A stretch of DNA of 64,000 bases, from positions 89,156,001 through 89,220,000 of the forward strand of contig NC_086378.1 of assembly GCF_036588685.1 (NCBI RefSeq), written 5' to 3'. The position numbers and the translations under genes are program-made. Shown here in pieces: positions 40,113 through 51,745 of this stretch; positions within the stretch are counted from its first letter, which is position 1, and every line of letters starts with the position of its first letter. The notes beneath the pieces were generated by a model. The model saw only the letters and a program-made list of their open reading frames with translations, was not told where the DNA came from and searched no databases. The DNA comes from Mytilus trossulus (lineage: Eukaryota).

Positions 40113-41588
40113 ATGGGTTTTTGTTCGTATCAATCATTATGTGTTGGTCTCCTACTGTTTGTAATATTTGCTCATCACGTGACGACTGAACACAAAAACA
40201 AGATTCAATCAGCAAAGAAATTCTCTCAACTATCAGGGTATGTAGCAGATAATACTACGTTGTCTATCTTACAACCATGGCAACAGTTTTGTAAGGAAAT
40301 AGATTTACCAATACAAGACAAACCTGGTGAATACTATACCGAGATTATTTGTAAAGTCAACAACAATGTTTTAAACTTTCTCGATTTTCGACGCTTTACA
40401 TCCAGAATTAAAGAAGATACGTTATTTTCCGTTGACATAACGTGTGGCCATAATGGAAGCGTTTTCTTTCCATACCCGGGCCGAGCACGTCTCCTCCATT
40501 CATTACGAATATCAGGCTGTATTTTGAATGGATTTACATCCGAAGCCACATCTGATGATATTGATACAATACCTGATAGTATGAAATATTTCACTTTGGT
40601 CAATTCAGTGATATATATGACTCAAAATGATTTTCAACAGTTTCAAGGAGCAAAACATTTGACTAAGTCTTTTCAATGCGGTAATGTAAACGCTATTAAA
40701 ATAATTGAAAACAGTATATCTTGCTGGATTGGTAATGAGAGTAAACGTTCAAGATTAGAAACTTTTCAAGTGCGACCTAATTTCCGTGAACGCACCTGCA
40801 CCTATAAATATCTTCGACATTTGCAGAAAAGTTTTTCAATAATTCAACCATTCACTAGACAGATTGATAAATCTATGTATCCTAATATTGAAATCCTCAA
40901 CTTTAGTGCAGCTAATGTGATTGAAACACCAAAACATTTACAGGAATGGAGGCTAGGAGCAAAGGATTTGAAATATCTAGATCTCAGTCACAACCTAATA
41001 GAAGGTGTTTTTCCTATCATATGTTATGATAAATACAAAGGTGATAGCCCTGAAGGATTTGTAGATTTACGCTATAATAACATATCATCACTCACACAAT
41101 ACGTAATAAGAACATGGTTACGTGATATATGTCATAAACTAACAGTTGATATACGAAATAATCCGTTTATGTGTGATTGCGGTGTAAAGAACTTTCAAAA
41201 CATTTTCCAATATATAGACAATCAAATGGCATCATCATATTATGATGTGAGAGAAAATAATTTCTCTCGTTATACATATCTGTATGATCTTAAATGCTAC
41301 AATCCACCTTCACTGCGGGGGAGAAAAATTTCTAAATTATCACTTAGTGAAATCGGATGCAAGCCTAAATTACAAACAGTAACAACTGTTCCATCAGGGC
41401 TTATTATAGTAGTGATGCTTGTTAGTTTTTTTCTTTGTGTGTGTCTTTTTGTTGGTATCAGATATAGAGAACAAATTGCTGTAAGTTGTAGTAAGTGGCT
41501 TAGTTCTTACTGTCGACCATGTTATAATTTCACGGTTTCTAAGAATGACAATGTGAATGCAATTAACTATACTGATATGACTTTTTAA
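40113..41588 (+). CDS. TIR-less TLR-like LRR transmembrane receptor A (491 aa)
   Basis: Signal peptide; N-terminal Cys region alignable to the neighbouring TLRs; LRRs IEILNFSAANV, LKYLDLSHNLI and VDLRYNNISSL; LRRCT NNPFMCDC...LKCYNP...IGC; TM LIIVVMLVSFFLCVCLFVGI; ~44-aa tail with no TIR. Confidence 0.92.
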   Translation: MGFCSYQSLCVGLLLFVIFAHHVTTEHKNKIQSAKKFSQLSGYVADNTTLSILQPWQQFCKEIDLPIQDKPGEYYTEIICKVNNNVLNFLDFRRFTSRIKEDTLFSVDITCGHNGSVFFPYPGRARLLHSLRISGCILNGFTSEATSDDIDTIPDSMKYFTLVNSVIYMTQNDFQQFQGAKHLTKSFQCGNVNAIKIIENSISCWIGNESKRSRLETFQVRPNFRERTCTYKYLRHLQKSFSIIQPFTRQIDKSMYPNIEILNFSAANVIETPKHLQEWRLGAKDLKYLDLSHNLIEGVFPIICYDKYKGDSPEGFVDLRYNNISSLTQYVIRTWLRDICHKLTVDIRNNPFMCDCGVKNFQNIFQYIDNQMASSYYDVRENNFSRYTYLYDLKCYNPPSLRGRKISKLSLSEIGCKPKLQTVTTVPSGLIIVVMLVSFFLCVCLFVGIRYREQIAVSCSKWLSSYCRPCYNFTVSKNDNVNAINYTDMTF

Positions 41589-41596
41589 ATGTTTAT

Positions 41597-41941
41597 GTAA
41601 ATGATTGGAGCCCTGAGCTTTCAACCCTACGTCACAATCACATCAGTAAATGATTGGAGACCTGAGCTTTCCACCCAACGTCACAATCACATCAGTAAAT
41701 GATTGGAGCCCTGAGCTTTCCACCCTACTCCACAATCACATCAGTAAATGATTGGAGCCCTGAGCTTTCCACCCTACGTCACAATCACATCAGTAAATGA
41801 TAGGAGCCCTGAGCTTTTCACCCTACTTCACAATCACATCAGTAAATGATTGGAGCCCTGAGCTTTCCATCCTACGTCACAATCACATCAGTAAATGATT
41901 GGAGCCCTGAGCTTTCCACCCTACGTCACAATCACATCAGT
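41597..41941 (+). repeat. 49-bp minisatellite x7
   Basis: Unit gtaaatgattggagccctgagctttccaccctacgtcacaatcacatca, starting just after the stop codon of the 40113 gene. Confidence 0.95.
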
Positions 41942-42273
41942 TAATGTATTAATAAAACCATCGATATTTATTGTTTTAACTGAATACTCCATCTAATATT
42001 TATACCGCATAGCCAACAATGGTCTCATATAGTTTTGACAGAAGTTATCATCTCGGACATGATTTCAATATTCGACTGCAAAACACCAAAGGCCAATTCA
42101 ATATAAAAAAATGTAAGCAGATTCTAAATTCTATGTCAAAAAGGTTTTTGGGGTACGACAAAACAAAGCATCAGTGGAATGGTATTTTTATTCAACCTAT
42201 TTTACTACATGACAGATACTATATATAGGTAGATGATAGTTATCAAAGGTACCAGGCTGACAATGCATTTAAT

Positions 42274-42317
42274 ACGCCAGATGCGCGTTTCGTCTACATA
42301 AGACTCATCAGTGACGC
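42274..42317 (-). ncRNA. Minimal type I hammerhead ribozyme (PLE/retrozyme type), near intact
   Basis: The minus strand reads gcgtca-CTGATGA-gtct tatgt agac-GAAA-cgcgc-ATC-tggcgt. Stems I and II pair; stem III is a short palindromic-type stem. Confidence 0.7.
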
Positions 42318-44488
42318 TCAGATAAAATCTAAAATATGCTGCAAATAATTCATATATTGAGCAGATACTCTCACATTTAATAAAGCGTAAAATCGAACAA
42401 GCGTCTCCGTGAAGGGAACATAAGGCATTCACATGTGTTGGTAAAATGAAACAAAGAAGCATACTTTTGGATATTCCCCATTATATAGTAATTTGAATGA
42501 ATTATGTCTACTTTAGGACAACAGTAAAAATGACACTAGCTTTCAACCAGTCCAAATTTATGATACTTTATGATACTTTATGAATAAAGTGTAACGAAGT
42601 ATAGCTCAACGAATTGTTCAATAATTCTCCTTTATTACTTAGTTCATTTAACTTTTTACTAATCATTTTTTTTTGGGGGGAGGGGACTTTTTGTTATTTT
42701 TCCATATAAGAAATGTTTATTCACATAAAACAGCATCAAGTACAACGTATAAAATACATATATATAAATCAATTCATAAAGATGTAAGAAATCCTGCTTC
42801 TGATAATTGTCACTGTTGATCTATAGTATATAGTAACGTCTTGTGCAGGTGTTGAAAAAACGTAGATTTTTTTCCCATAATTTTAAAGGAAATCCTGTTT
42901 AGAAACGTGAGCTGTGAAATATGGGTATCAAAAAGATGACACTTTTATGAATATACGTTGCATGTCATGTCAAACATTTATCAAAAGTTGTAAATAAGGA
43001 ACAAGCTTAAGGAACTGAAACCAGTGAATTAGTTCAAAGTGACAAAGATAAATTTTTCATGTGCACTTCCTACAAACTTGAAACTTTGTAACTGAAATAA
43101 TGTAATAGACAAAAGGTAATATATTTTTTTAACCTATTCATCGCTTATTATAGGCAATAAGTTTCAACACGTTTTATATGAGGTAACATTTTACATTTAT
43201 CTTTTACATGCGGTTGACATTGAACGAAGAGAAGGTTTCATAGTTTTAACATGTTCTTTTTTTCATAAAAAAAATACTATGAATTAAATTTATCAAGACA
43301 GTTTTATTTACTTGCCTTTTGCAAGTTTAGATTTAAGGTTAAATAAATTAAAGCAATGAAAAGATATTAATTATTAATAAAACTATTAAGCTACACAATC
43401 CAGAAAAATAAATGACGGTATGTTAATTGTCGTTACCATAATCCCACCCTCTTTTCCCCAAATGTGACCTACTTATCACCGTGTTTGAGTTTTAAAATTT
43501 GATTTTTCTATTTGATTAGGAACTTTCAGTTTTGAATTTTCCTCGGAGGTCAGTATTTTTGTGATTTTACTTGTTAATCGAAATATTATTATAGCATAAG
43601 CTGTGATAATTTTCTGTATATTTTTTTACAGGTTTTAAAGTTCACTGTATACTATTGGTGTTAAATTATTTATTTAAGCATTTAATTTGCTTTTATTTAC
43701 TATAAAAAGTTAGACATTTCAATAATTTGTTTTTGAAGACCCTTTACTAAGTCGTGGCCCAATACACCAAATTCCTGACAATGTCACTGCAAAAAACAGT
43801 CTTCAATAAGCTGTGTTTAAATTTTGTGAAACACATACTACACGTTGACGTTACGTTTTGTTATAATAAAACACCCATGCAACCACGCATCCCATATTGT
43901 GTTATAATAAAACACCCATGCAACCACGCATCCCATATTGTGTTATAATAAAACACCCATGCAACCACGCATCCCATATTGAACATATTCTTGACCTCGA
44001 AATACATTTCAAACAAACAAATTCTTATCTGTTTCTGCACAGAAATAGCTGTCACTCACAGCATGTATTTAGAGGATGTATTAAAGGTGAAGCAATACGG
44101 CAAATTAGAAATACAAGTGACCATAACAAATTAATAAACAATCTAACTAATTCTAACTAATTTCAAAGTGAAATTATAAGTTAGGGGTTATGATAATGTT
44201 GAAATAGATGATAGTATTACAAATGCTTTATCAATTGACCGTACTGATTTATTACAACAAAACAAATCTAAAGAGAGCTAAGTATTCCGTTAGTTTTAAT
44301 AACTAAATATAATCCATACATACGTAAAATAAAGAAACTTATATTGAAACACTGGCATTTATTACAATTCGACGAAGACTGTGTAAAAATATTCAATACA
44401 GCACCAATAGTTGCGTATATCAAACATAAAATTATTGGAGATATGCTTAGTAGATCAAAGTTAAAGACTTAACATTAAATTGACAGTT

Positions 44489-44673
44489 GGACCCCTGATA
44501 ATGGTAGATCTGTCATAATAACTAGATATATTGAAGAAGAATTAAAATATAAATATATAAATATAAACATGAAATCAATAATTTTCATATTTGATTATAT
44601 TCAAATAGTGCATCTTAAAATGACCATCCCAAGCTTAACTACCGAAACAAGAAATTATTTTTGTGTCGGGTCC
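44489..44673 (+). ncRNA. Hammerhead-like fold with a very long loop II
   Basis: ggaccc-CTGATAA-t-ggtag-[131 nt]-ctacc-GAAA-caagaaattatttttgt-GTC-gggtcc, in the 3' region of the Penelope-like element. Confidence 0.55.
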
Positions 44674-44703
44674 TATCAGCAATATGGGATGCGTTGTTGC
44701 ATG

Positions 44704-45817
44704 CAGGGTTTCCGCTGGCGGTCGCAATTTGCGAAAAAATAATAACTGTGGCGATAAAAATTCGTCATTTGCGAAAGAATTTGGCGAAAGAAATATATAT
44801 AAACGATTTATTTTCCTCCATCTTGTTTATTTACTTTTGTCGAGTTTCTGGGACTTTACCCGATCAGACAATACTCGGAATTCACCTTAACCTCATTAAG
44901 TTTTGGACAGCAAATCAATAATCAGCTGATTGCATTTTATAGCTATCGACAACAAAGGACTAATTAATAAAGGTGTTGATTGAATTGTTTGATAAAATGA
45001 TATGGATAAATGGCTTCCGCTAAATGCCACATACATAATTTATTTACCACTTTGCGACGCACGCGTTTGAAGCAAACTTTTGACCTCTCCTCTCCTTTGA
45101 AGATAGTTTAGAAAAGAAAGCTGTTGTTGTGACCAAAAATCGTCAAAAAGCATGAAAAAATCTCCGATTTTAAACTTTAATTATCCTTTGAATTTAATAT
45201 TGGTAATTGATGAGGGAGACTACTTTAAAATCGTTTGTGTGACACGCGTGTTTCAAGCATAGTTGTACGTCTTTAACTTTTTCATTTACGATGGTCAAGA
45301 AAAGAAAACTGTCGTTATGAAGAAATCTATCCAAGATAGATGGGAACAACCCCTCGAACGAGAGTAGCCCTTCAATTTTATGACTACATATGCAATGATG
45401 GATCAATTTCCTGTGATAAAAGCTTTTGTTATGTTGTAAAAAACACGTCTTAGTACAAAAGAGCATATCAGTATTTTCTTTTAAAGACACATTCCCTACG
45501 AACTATACTGGTATTATATAATCAAAATATGTCCATTAGTTTTGTTATATTCCAGGACTGATATCTTCTTTATTATTAAAAGTATAGTGGCCCCTTCATT
45601 TAGAAAAGTTATTTAAAGTACAATGAATATTTTTCCCTATTAAGTTTGAGAGAAATCACATTATTTAAGGGAAAAGGAGGGGGGTTAAGAAAAAAGGTAA
45701 ATTTTAAACGAAAAATATAGGTATGTTACTTGGCGAAAAAATTAATTAAGTGGCAAAAATTATATTGTTTTGGCGAAAGAGGTGACGAAACAAATTATTG
45801 ACCCAGGGGAAACCCTG
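44704..45817. mobile_element. Non-autonomous hAT element with an 8-bp TSD
   Basis: TIR cagggtttccgctgg / ccaggggaaaccctg. TSD gttgcatg at 44696-44703 and 45818-45825. Confidence 0.88.
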
Positions 45818-47679
45818 GTTGCATGGGTGTTTTATTATAACAAAATAAAAGGTTTGATACATCGAAACCCACCTATTCTATGGTATCTTTCTATTAGGAA
45901 CAATCATTTACTTTTATAAACAGATTCTTGTTTTATCACCTGGATAATCAAGTTAACAAATTGTATAAACCATTCCGTACATTATAACAATATTTCAAAT
46001 GAACGAGTAAACGAGTGAATGTATGAGATTTATATGAGTAAAACATCAGCAAGCAACAATTGACTTAACATAATGCTACAAAACAACTTTAAACAAATAC
46101 GATGCACTATGATTACATGGTGTTTAACCGTTCAAAAAGTGTTGTTGATAATCAATCTTCTAGGAAAAAAATGAAAGTGTTGTTCCGGCAAAACAATCTG
46201 CAAACACTATAGTTATTTGAATTAATTAACAAAAAAATTAACAGAAAAGCTGAGAATATATTTTACACCAACAAATTTGTAATTTTTTAAAACCTAAGGC
46301 CACTAGTACTTTTAGGTCTTTTATGGTGCAGTGAATACAAAATTCTCAAAAATTCTCAAAAATTCATTTTCAACTGTATGTAAAATTCTTTCATATTTTT
46401 CTACACCTGATTCATCACTCATTTCGGGAAAGTATGTTCAGTTGATACTGTATTTTTTGTCCAATCACACTGTTTAGATACATTTACCTAAGTAAGGCAC
46501 TCAAAAGAGCAACCTAAATTCTTGAAAGCAAATACTACCGTGCCACCTATATCACTAACCAAATACTTCACAATCACCATCATGTTGCACTTATAAAAAG
46601 TCTACACTAACACACTGTTCACATGGCTCAATTAAAGGCATCACTAAATCCTTTTTGTCAATGCACTTCTGAAAAACTTCTAGTGTACTTATTGTGAAGT
46701 GTGTTCAATCAGAGACAATATCACCAGAGTGCTCGACTTCTTTAGATCGCCATTGTGTTTATTCGAAGTTGTTCAAATTAAAGTGTACTCGATATTCAAA
46801 TGGATAGGAATTTTGAATCACCTACTGGTCAGCTTGTTAATGTATTCATATGAAGAATGCAATCTTCTTTCATTACGATTTTCGACTTCGAAATTGCGTT
46901 GTGACATGGTCGTTTTTCTAACAAGAGGTTTCTTGGCTTTAGTCACTGCGTACAAAAAAAATATATGCGAGTATGGGAAGACAAAAACATTCATTATTTA
47001 GATATAGGAAGATGTGGTGTGAGTGCCAATGAGACAACTCTCCATCCAAATAACAATATCTGTACATTTTAAAGATTTGATAAAACAAAGGATTTGTTAT
47101 AATAGAAAGTCTATGTACACATTCTTTACAGTAAATCTTGTCAATACGAGTAATAAAACCATAGAAAGACCTTTGTTAATCTGAATGATTATAAACTTTA
47201 AGATATATTAATATGAAGCAGCACATCCCCTACTTATAAGCAAAAAAAATGCCATTTAAGATAATTTGAATACCGTTTTCTTATTGGTTAAAAGACAAGG
47301 TAATAATTAGAATCTACAGTCATAAAATTCTTTCTAAATGACGTAATGATAATTTCCATAAGGATGATTTCAACTTCACCAATTATAACTCTTGGTTCTA
47401 TAGCTTTCTTGTAAGCAGCAACCCTCTATCGTGGAAATTATTATAGTAAATGTAAGCTATGAAATCAACTGAGAAATTAATACCCCATATGCATACTGTG
47501 GATTTATTATTATTCGTTGGATACCAATTTTCGTGGGTTTCATTGTACAGGTAACCACGAATTCAAATATTCAACGAATTACATATTTTCAATAGGTTCT
47601 GTATACAGAGAATGGCAAAACCACAAAAAGAAATATCCACAAAAATGCAAGTTTTCAGCCATCCACGGAAATTGTTTCA

Positions 47680-47985
47680 GTAGGTCACATTCTGAAAAGA
47701 GGACAGGATTTTAGTAACGGCATGAGAACATATTCGTTATCATCTGTGGAACAAATATTTTATAAAGGTCAACCAACTCGTGATGGTGTCCCAAACAATT
47801 GATGAGTTCACTACTTGGAACTCTTGGTTTAATAGTAATCCTCTATCAAGGAAATCATGATAGGAAATACAAAGCCTGAAAGGTCGTATCAACTAGGAGA
47901 TGATATATACCCGTGTGTAGGAACTGCTGGAATGATGCTACATAGACACAGAAAGTTCACAATTGGAAAGCTAACGTCATCTCGG
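47680..47985 (-). mobile_element. Penelope-like RT 3' relic
   Basis: Nucleotide similarity to 53590-53920 (ggtcaaccaactcgtgatgg, ttggaactcttggtttaatag, aaagttcacaattg). Confidence 0.7.
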
Positions 47986-48268
47986 TATATAGATGTGTCA
48001 CACAATTTATCAATCAAATTGACAAAATTGATAAAAAAATATTTTAATCTAAAACAACACGTCTCTTAGGTTATCACAACAATGCAGAAATAAATAAAGG
48101 CTGGACTATTTATGAGATTATAGTTTTTGTACCATATTTAACAAAAAAGAAATAAGTTATTTTTAAAATGATAAACATCTTGTACTGTATAAAAACCTTC
48201 AAATAGACAATCAACCACACACAAAACTGCGCACACACAGTTATATGTACAAAGACATTTTGTTAATT

Positions 48269-50107
48269 TTATTGTCGTAATGATATTGCATATTTCAGTC
48301 TATCCCAAAATAACACATCTCCAATCTTAAGATAGGTATGAGAATTGAGACAACTTTTCAAATCAGGATCAATATTATCTACAGTTATATTACCCTTCAA
48401 CACAATTATTAAGTGACGACCTTTATCGTGTAAACTTTTCCTCAAAGCTGTTCGGAATTCCATCATGCACCATTCACTTTTCAAGAACTCATTAGATATC
48501 AGTAAGATGGTGTGATAGCTGTTTTCAACACTGTTGTATATATTATCAGCTATAGTATTACCAACTATAAAATCTCTATGATGAAGACATAGTCTGCATG
48601 CTCTCCCAGCGTCCTCTGTCTCCAATTTTGGTAAAGCTGTATGTAAAACCCAGTCCATATCCTTCTCGCTGTAGCCAATAAATGCATCATATACTTTTTC
48701 TTCGTGTGCGACATTTCGGAATTCACATGGTAAGTTTATATTGAGTCGAGTAAACAAAATTACTTTGATCATATTTCTGAAATATATTGTCAAAAAAGTT
48801 ATGACGAACAATGTAATTGTTATGATGCCCATAACGACGACTGGAAAATTGATGACTGTTTCCTTATTACAGTTTAGTTCTGTCGACGACAGAGTTATCA
48901 TCTGACGTCCACGGACTTTTGAGGGATTTTCACACTTTAGAGTTCTGAGGTAATCATAAGCTGTTGGCATAGTCTTTGCAGATAAATATTCCATTACTTC
49001 AATTATTCCACAATCACATAAGAAAGGATTTTCACTGATGTCGACTTTAACAAATTCGTGTGTTGAGAACGAGTCTATCATACCTTTTGTTAATGAAGTA
49101 ATGTTATTACGCCTAATATCTATTAATCCTACTGCTTTTGTCTTTTTCACAGTCATTCCGTAATCTCGTATCATTGGAATAACTTTTATGTTATTATTGG
49201 AGAAGTCTATATATTCCATTACTGGAAATCGTAGTCGCCAGCCTTGCAATTTATAGATAGTGTCAAACATCCCGTTACCAGAAAAATTCAATATTTTAAG
49301 ATTTTCTGCAACGTCTGTATGAACAATCTTATTGACATCATTTTTTTCTAAATCTTTCATTCCACTACTTTCAAAAACTTCAAGGTTGTTGTACAAACAG
49401 GTTCTCTTCTGAATGTTAAAATAATGATTATATTGCTGGATTGCAGTTTCGAGGTCAAACATAAAATAGTTGTACATATCTTCAATGTTCGCCATTGTTC
49501 CTCTTTGAATAATAGAGAAAGCATTTTCAGGTCCACATTCTGCAGCTCTTGTTATAGGCGAGTTAGCCTTTGACAATGAGTCGTATAATTCTCCAATCCT
49601 TAGGATAATAGTGACGTTGTCCATTTGTAAATGTTTGATTGTGTCGGGAATGCTGTTAATTAACGAATTCTTGAAATCAGTTCTGTAATCTTTAATTCGA
49701 CAATCTTTGATGTAGATTCTATTTAGTTTGTCTGTTCTGAATGGCCAAGGAAAGTGAATGATACCATCTTTACAGATAACGGATAAGTCAAATCGGATAT
49801 GTGACGATATATGATTCGTAAAATTTCTAAATTCTGATAACTTTATACTGGAGTTACCCTCAACGATACACACAATATCAAAGGCAATGTGACCAGTTTG
49901 TGATATATTACATAGCCTATTCCAGTTCTCAAGGCTTTCAAACTCATTCATAACATAAGAAAAATTGGTATATGTATCTTTTGATCTATTTGTCCGTTCT
50001 TCAGTTGCCAACTCAATACTCCTTTCTGTAGTAACGGAACAGATGTATAATGCAAATCCAAGTCGAAGCAAGGGATACATATTTGAAATTGTGATAACAT
50101 TTTTCAT
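48269..50107 (-). CDS. Toll-like receptor B (paralog of 34662-36542), 612 aa
   Basis: Same architecture as TLR A and colinear along its full length: signal peptide, Cys region, 3-4 LRRs, ENPFLCDC LRRCT, TM, TIR (YDAFIGYS, LCLHHRDFIVG, FWDRL). Confidence 0.95.
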   Translation of the reverse strand: MKNVITISNMYPLLRLGFALYICSVTTERSIELATEERTNRSKDTYTNFSYVMNEFESLENWNRLCNISQTGHIAFDIVCIVEGNSSIKLSEFRNFTNHISSHIRFDLSVICKDGIIHFPWPFRTDKLNRIYIKDCRIKDYRTDFKNSLINSIPDTIKHLQMDNVTIILRIGELYDSLSKANSPITRAAECGPENAFSIIQRGTMANIEDMYNYFMFDLETAIQQYNHYFNIQKRTCLYNNLEVFESSGMKDLEKNDVNKIVHTDVAENLKILNFSGNGMFDTIYKLQGWRLRFPVMEYIDFSNNNIKVIPMIRDYGMTVKKTKAVGLIDIRRNNITSLTKGMIDSFSTHEFVKVDISENPFLCDCGIIEVMEYLSAKTMPTAYDYLRTLKCENPSKVRGRQMITLSSTELNCNKETVINFPVVVMGIITITLFVITFLTIYFRNMIKVILFTRLNINLPCEFRNVAHEEKVYDAFIGYSEKDMDWVLHTALPKLETEDAGRACRLCLHHRDFIVGNTIADNIYNSVENSYHTILLISNEFLKSEWCMMEFRTALRKSLHDKGRHLIIVLKGNITVDNIDPDLKSCLNSHTYLKIGDVLFWDRLKYAISLRQ

Positions 50108-51745
50108 TATGAACCGTTTCCATCAAATATATCAGATGGGATACCGGATGTAATCTTGGTCCTTATAAAATGAGCAGATATATACTTATATAAAAAGCTG
50201 AACGACTCAATTACTTTTTTTAGCGAATAGAATGCTTTAATCTGTCTGATACAGATACATAAAGTATATAAATAGCTCATAAAATAAGGAAAATGACGAT
50301 TTAAACAAATTGATATAATAATAATAATAACAAGTTTACTGAACTGTACTGAAACTAATTACAATGACAGTCGTAAATGTTTTCCTCAATCTCACTTTTA
50401 TTATGATAAATAGGTAACATTTAAAGTTACATTTCAATACATTTAAATCTAACAAATCCAGAATCATTAAATCCTCACGGATACTCGATTCTCCTAGGCC
50501 GGCTTCCCATTTAATTTTGTATATCAAAGATTTAAAAATGTTCACATCACTAATTAAAAGCTTACTATTCAATAAAACAAACGTGTATTATTGGGATACA
50601 AAATAATGGTTACCGTCTGTATGAATATGTTTTGCTTTACTATTATATTTAATGTTTTCATAAACACTTCATGTTAGCCAGGTTATAATATCACAATGTA
50701 ACGGAATGGCAATCATATTATATTTCAACGGTTTGACACCTAAACCATATACATGAAAATGCGAAACAATATCAACGGAAAACATAGCGATCTTATTTAC
50801 AAAAATACAATTAACTTATGACTTGGGTAAATAACCAACTATTCAATTAAGTACGCTCAAAAGATCCATACAGACCACGCACCACTCAAACAATACTCAA
50901 ATAAAAAGCACCGATATGATACACTAACCACTTGCAGTTGTTGTAAAAATATAAATTAAAGCCAATCAACATAGCTGATTTTTGTAGCTGAAAATTTCGA
51001 ATTTGCCATCTCAGTACAATAATCTATATCAAACGAGGAGACTCTAATTTTGAAATTTAAATTTCCCTCACCTTAGCAGCAATTTATTCTCTTCACCTGT
51101 ATATAGAATATATATTTCCCAACTCAATTAGCATTCAAGAGCTTGCAGCTACTATATTGAATTTATTAAACGTCACCAGTTTCTGAGCAAAAAGCTGATG
51201 AACCGGGGTTATGTTAATGAATGTCTTTTCCTTTTTATATATGATATAAAGTCATCGGAAGATATCAAGACCTTCATTCTCTTGTGAAGAGTTGTCTCAT
51301 TGCTAATCATACCACATCTTCTTTTTTTTATAAATTTATAAATAAAAATCAACTTCAGAACGGTTTGGAAGTATACATTATAGATACTGACGTTGTCTGT
51401 TATCCACGCATTCACAAATGCATCAACATAAATAATCAGCATAAATACTTATGTCACACAAATTTTCGGGACAGAAAATTGTGTTGCAGTCATGAACCAT
51501 TTTTTTGTAATGAACAATCAAAAGGCGAAAGTAGTCTGAGTTATCAGCATTGTCAGGTGCAGTACAGGCGATATATTTAGTTTAATATGAATAAGCACAT
51601 TGCCTTTCTTTTCCACAACCTATATAGATACACACAGGGAGAAAGACAGAGGTGATATTTGGTTATTTTGATAAAAGATGTGTTCAAAATTGAAAATGTT
51701 AATGTTGGATGCTATAAGAATTGTTTATATTTTAATTTTATATCG

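Larger units (their letters stand above)
43856..45845 (+). mobile_element. 5'-truncated Penelope-like element with inverted terminal segment
   Basis: RT-thumb relic HFKQTNSYLFLHRNSCHSQHVFRGCIKGEAIR...IPLVLITKYNP...PIVAY (43980-44470). A 41-bp unit (tgttataataaaacacccatgcaaccacgcatcccatattg) occurs three times at 43859-43981 and inverted at 44680-44703 plus 45826-45845. Confidence 0.75.

Noticed and set aside
41589-48268. A downstream TIR-encoding exon for the plus-strand LRR gene
   Set aside because: I saw no TIR-like ORF on the plus strand here or after 57640; the tails end in ordinary in-exon stops.
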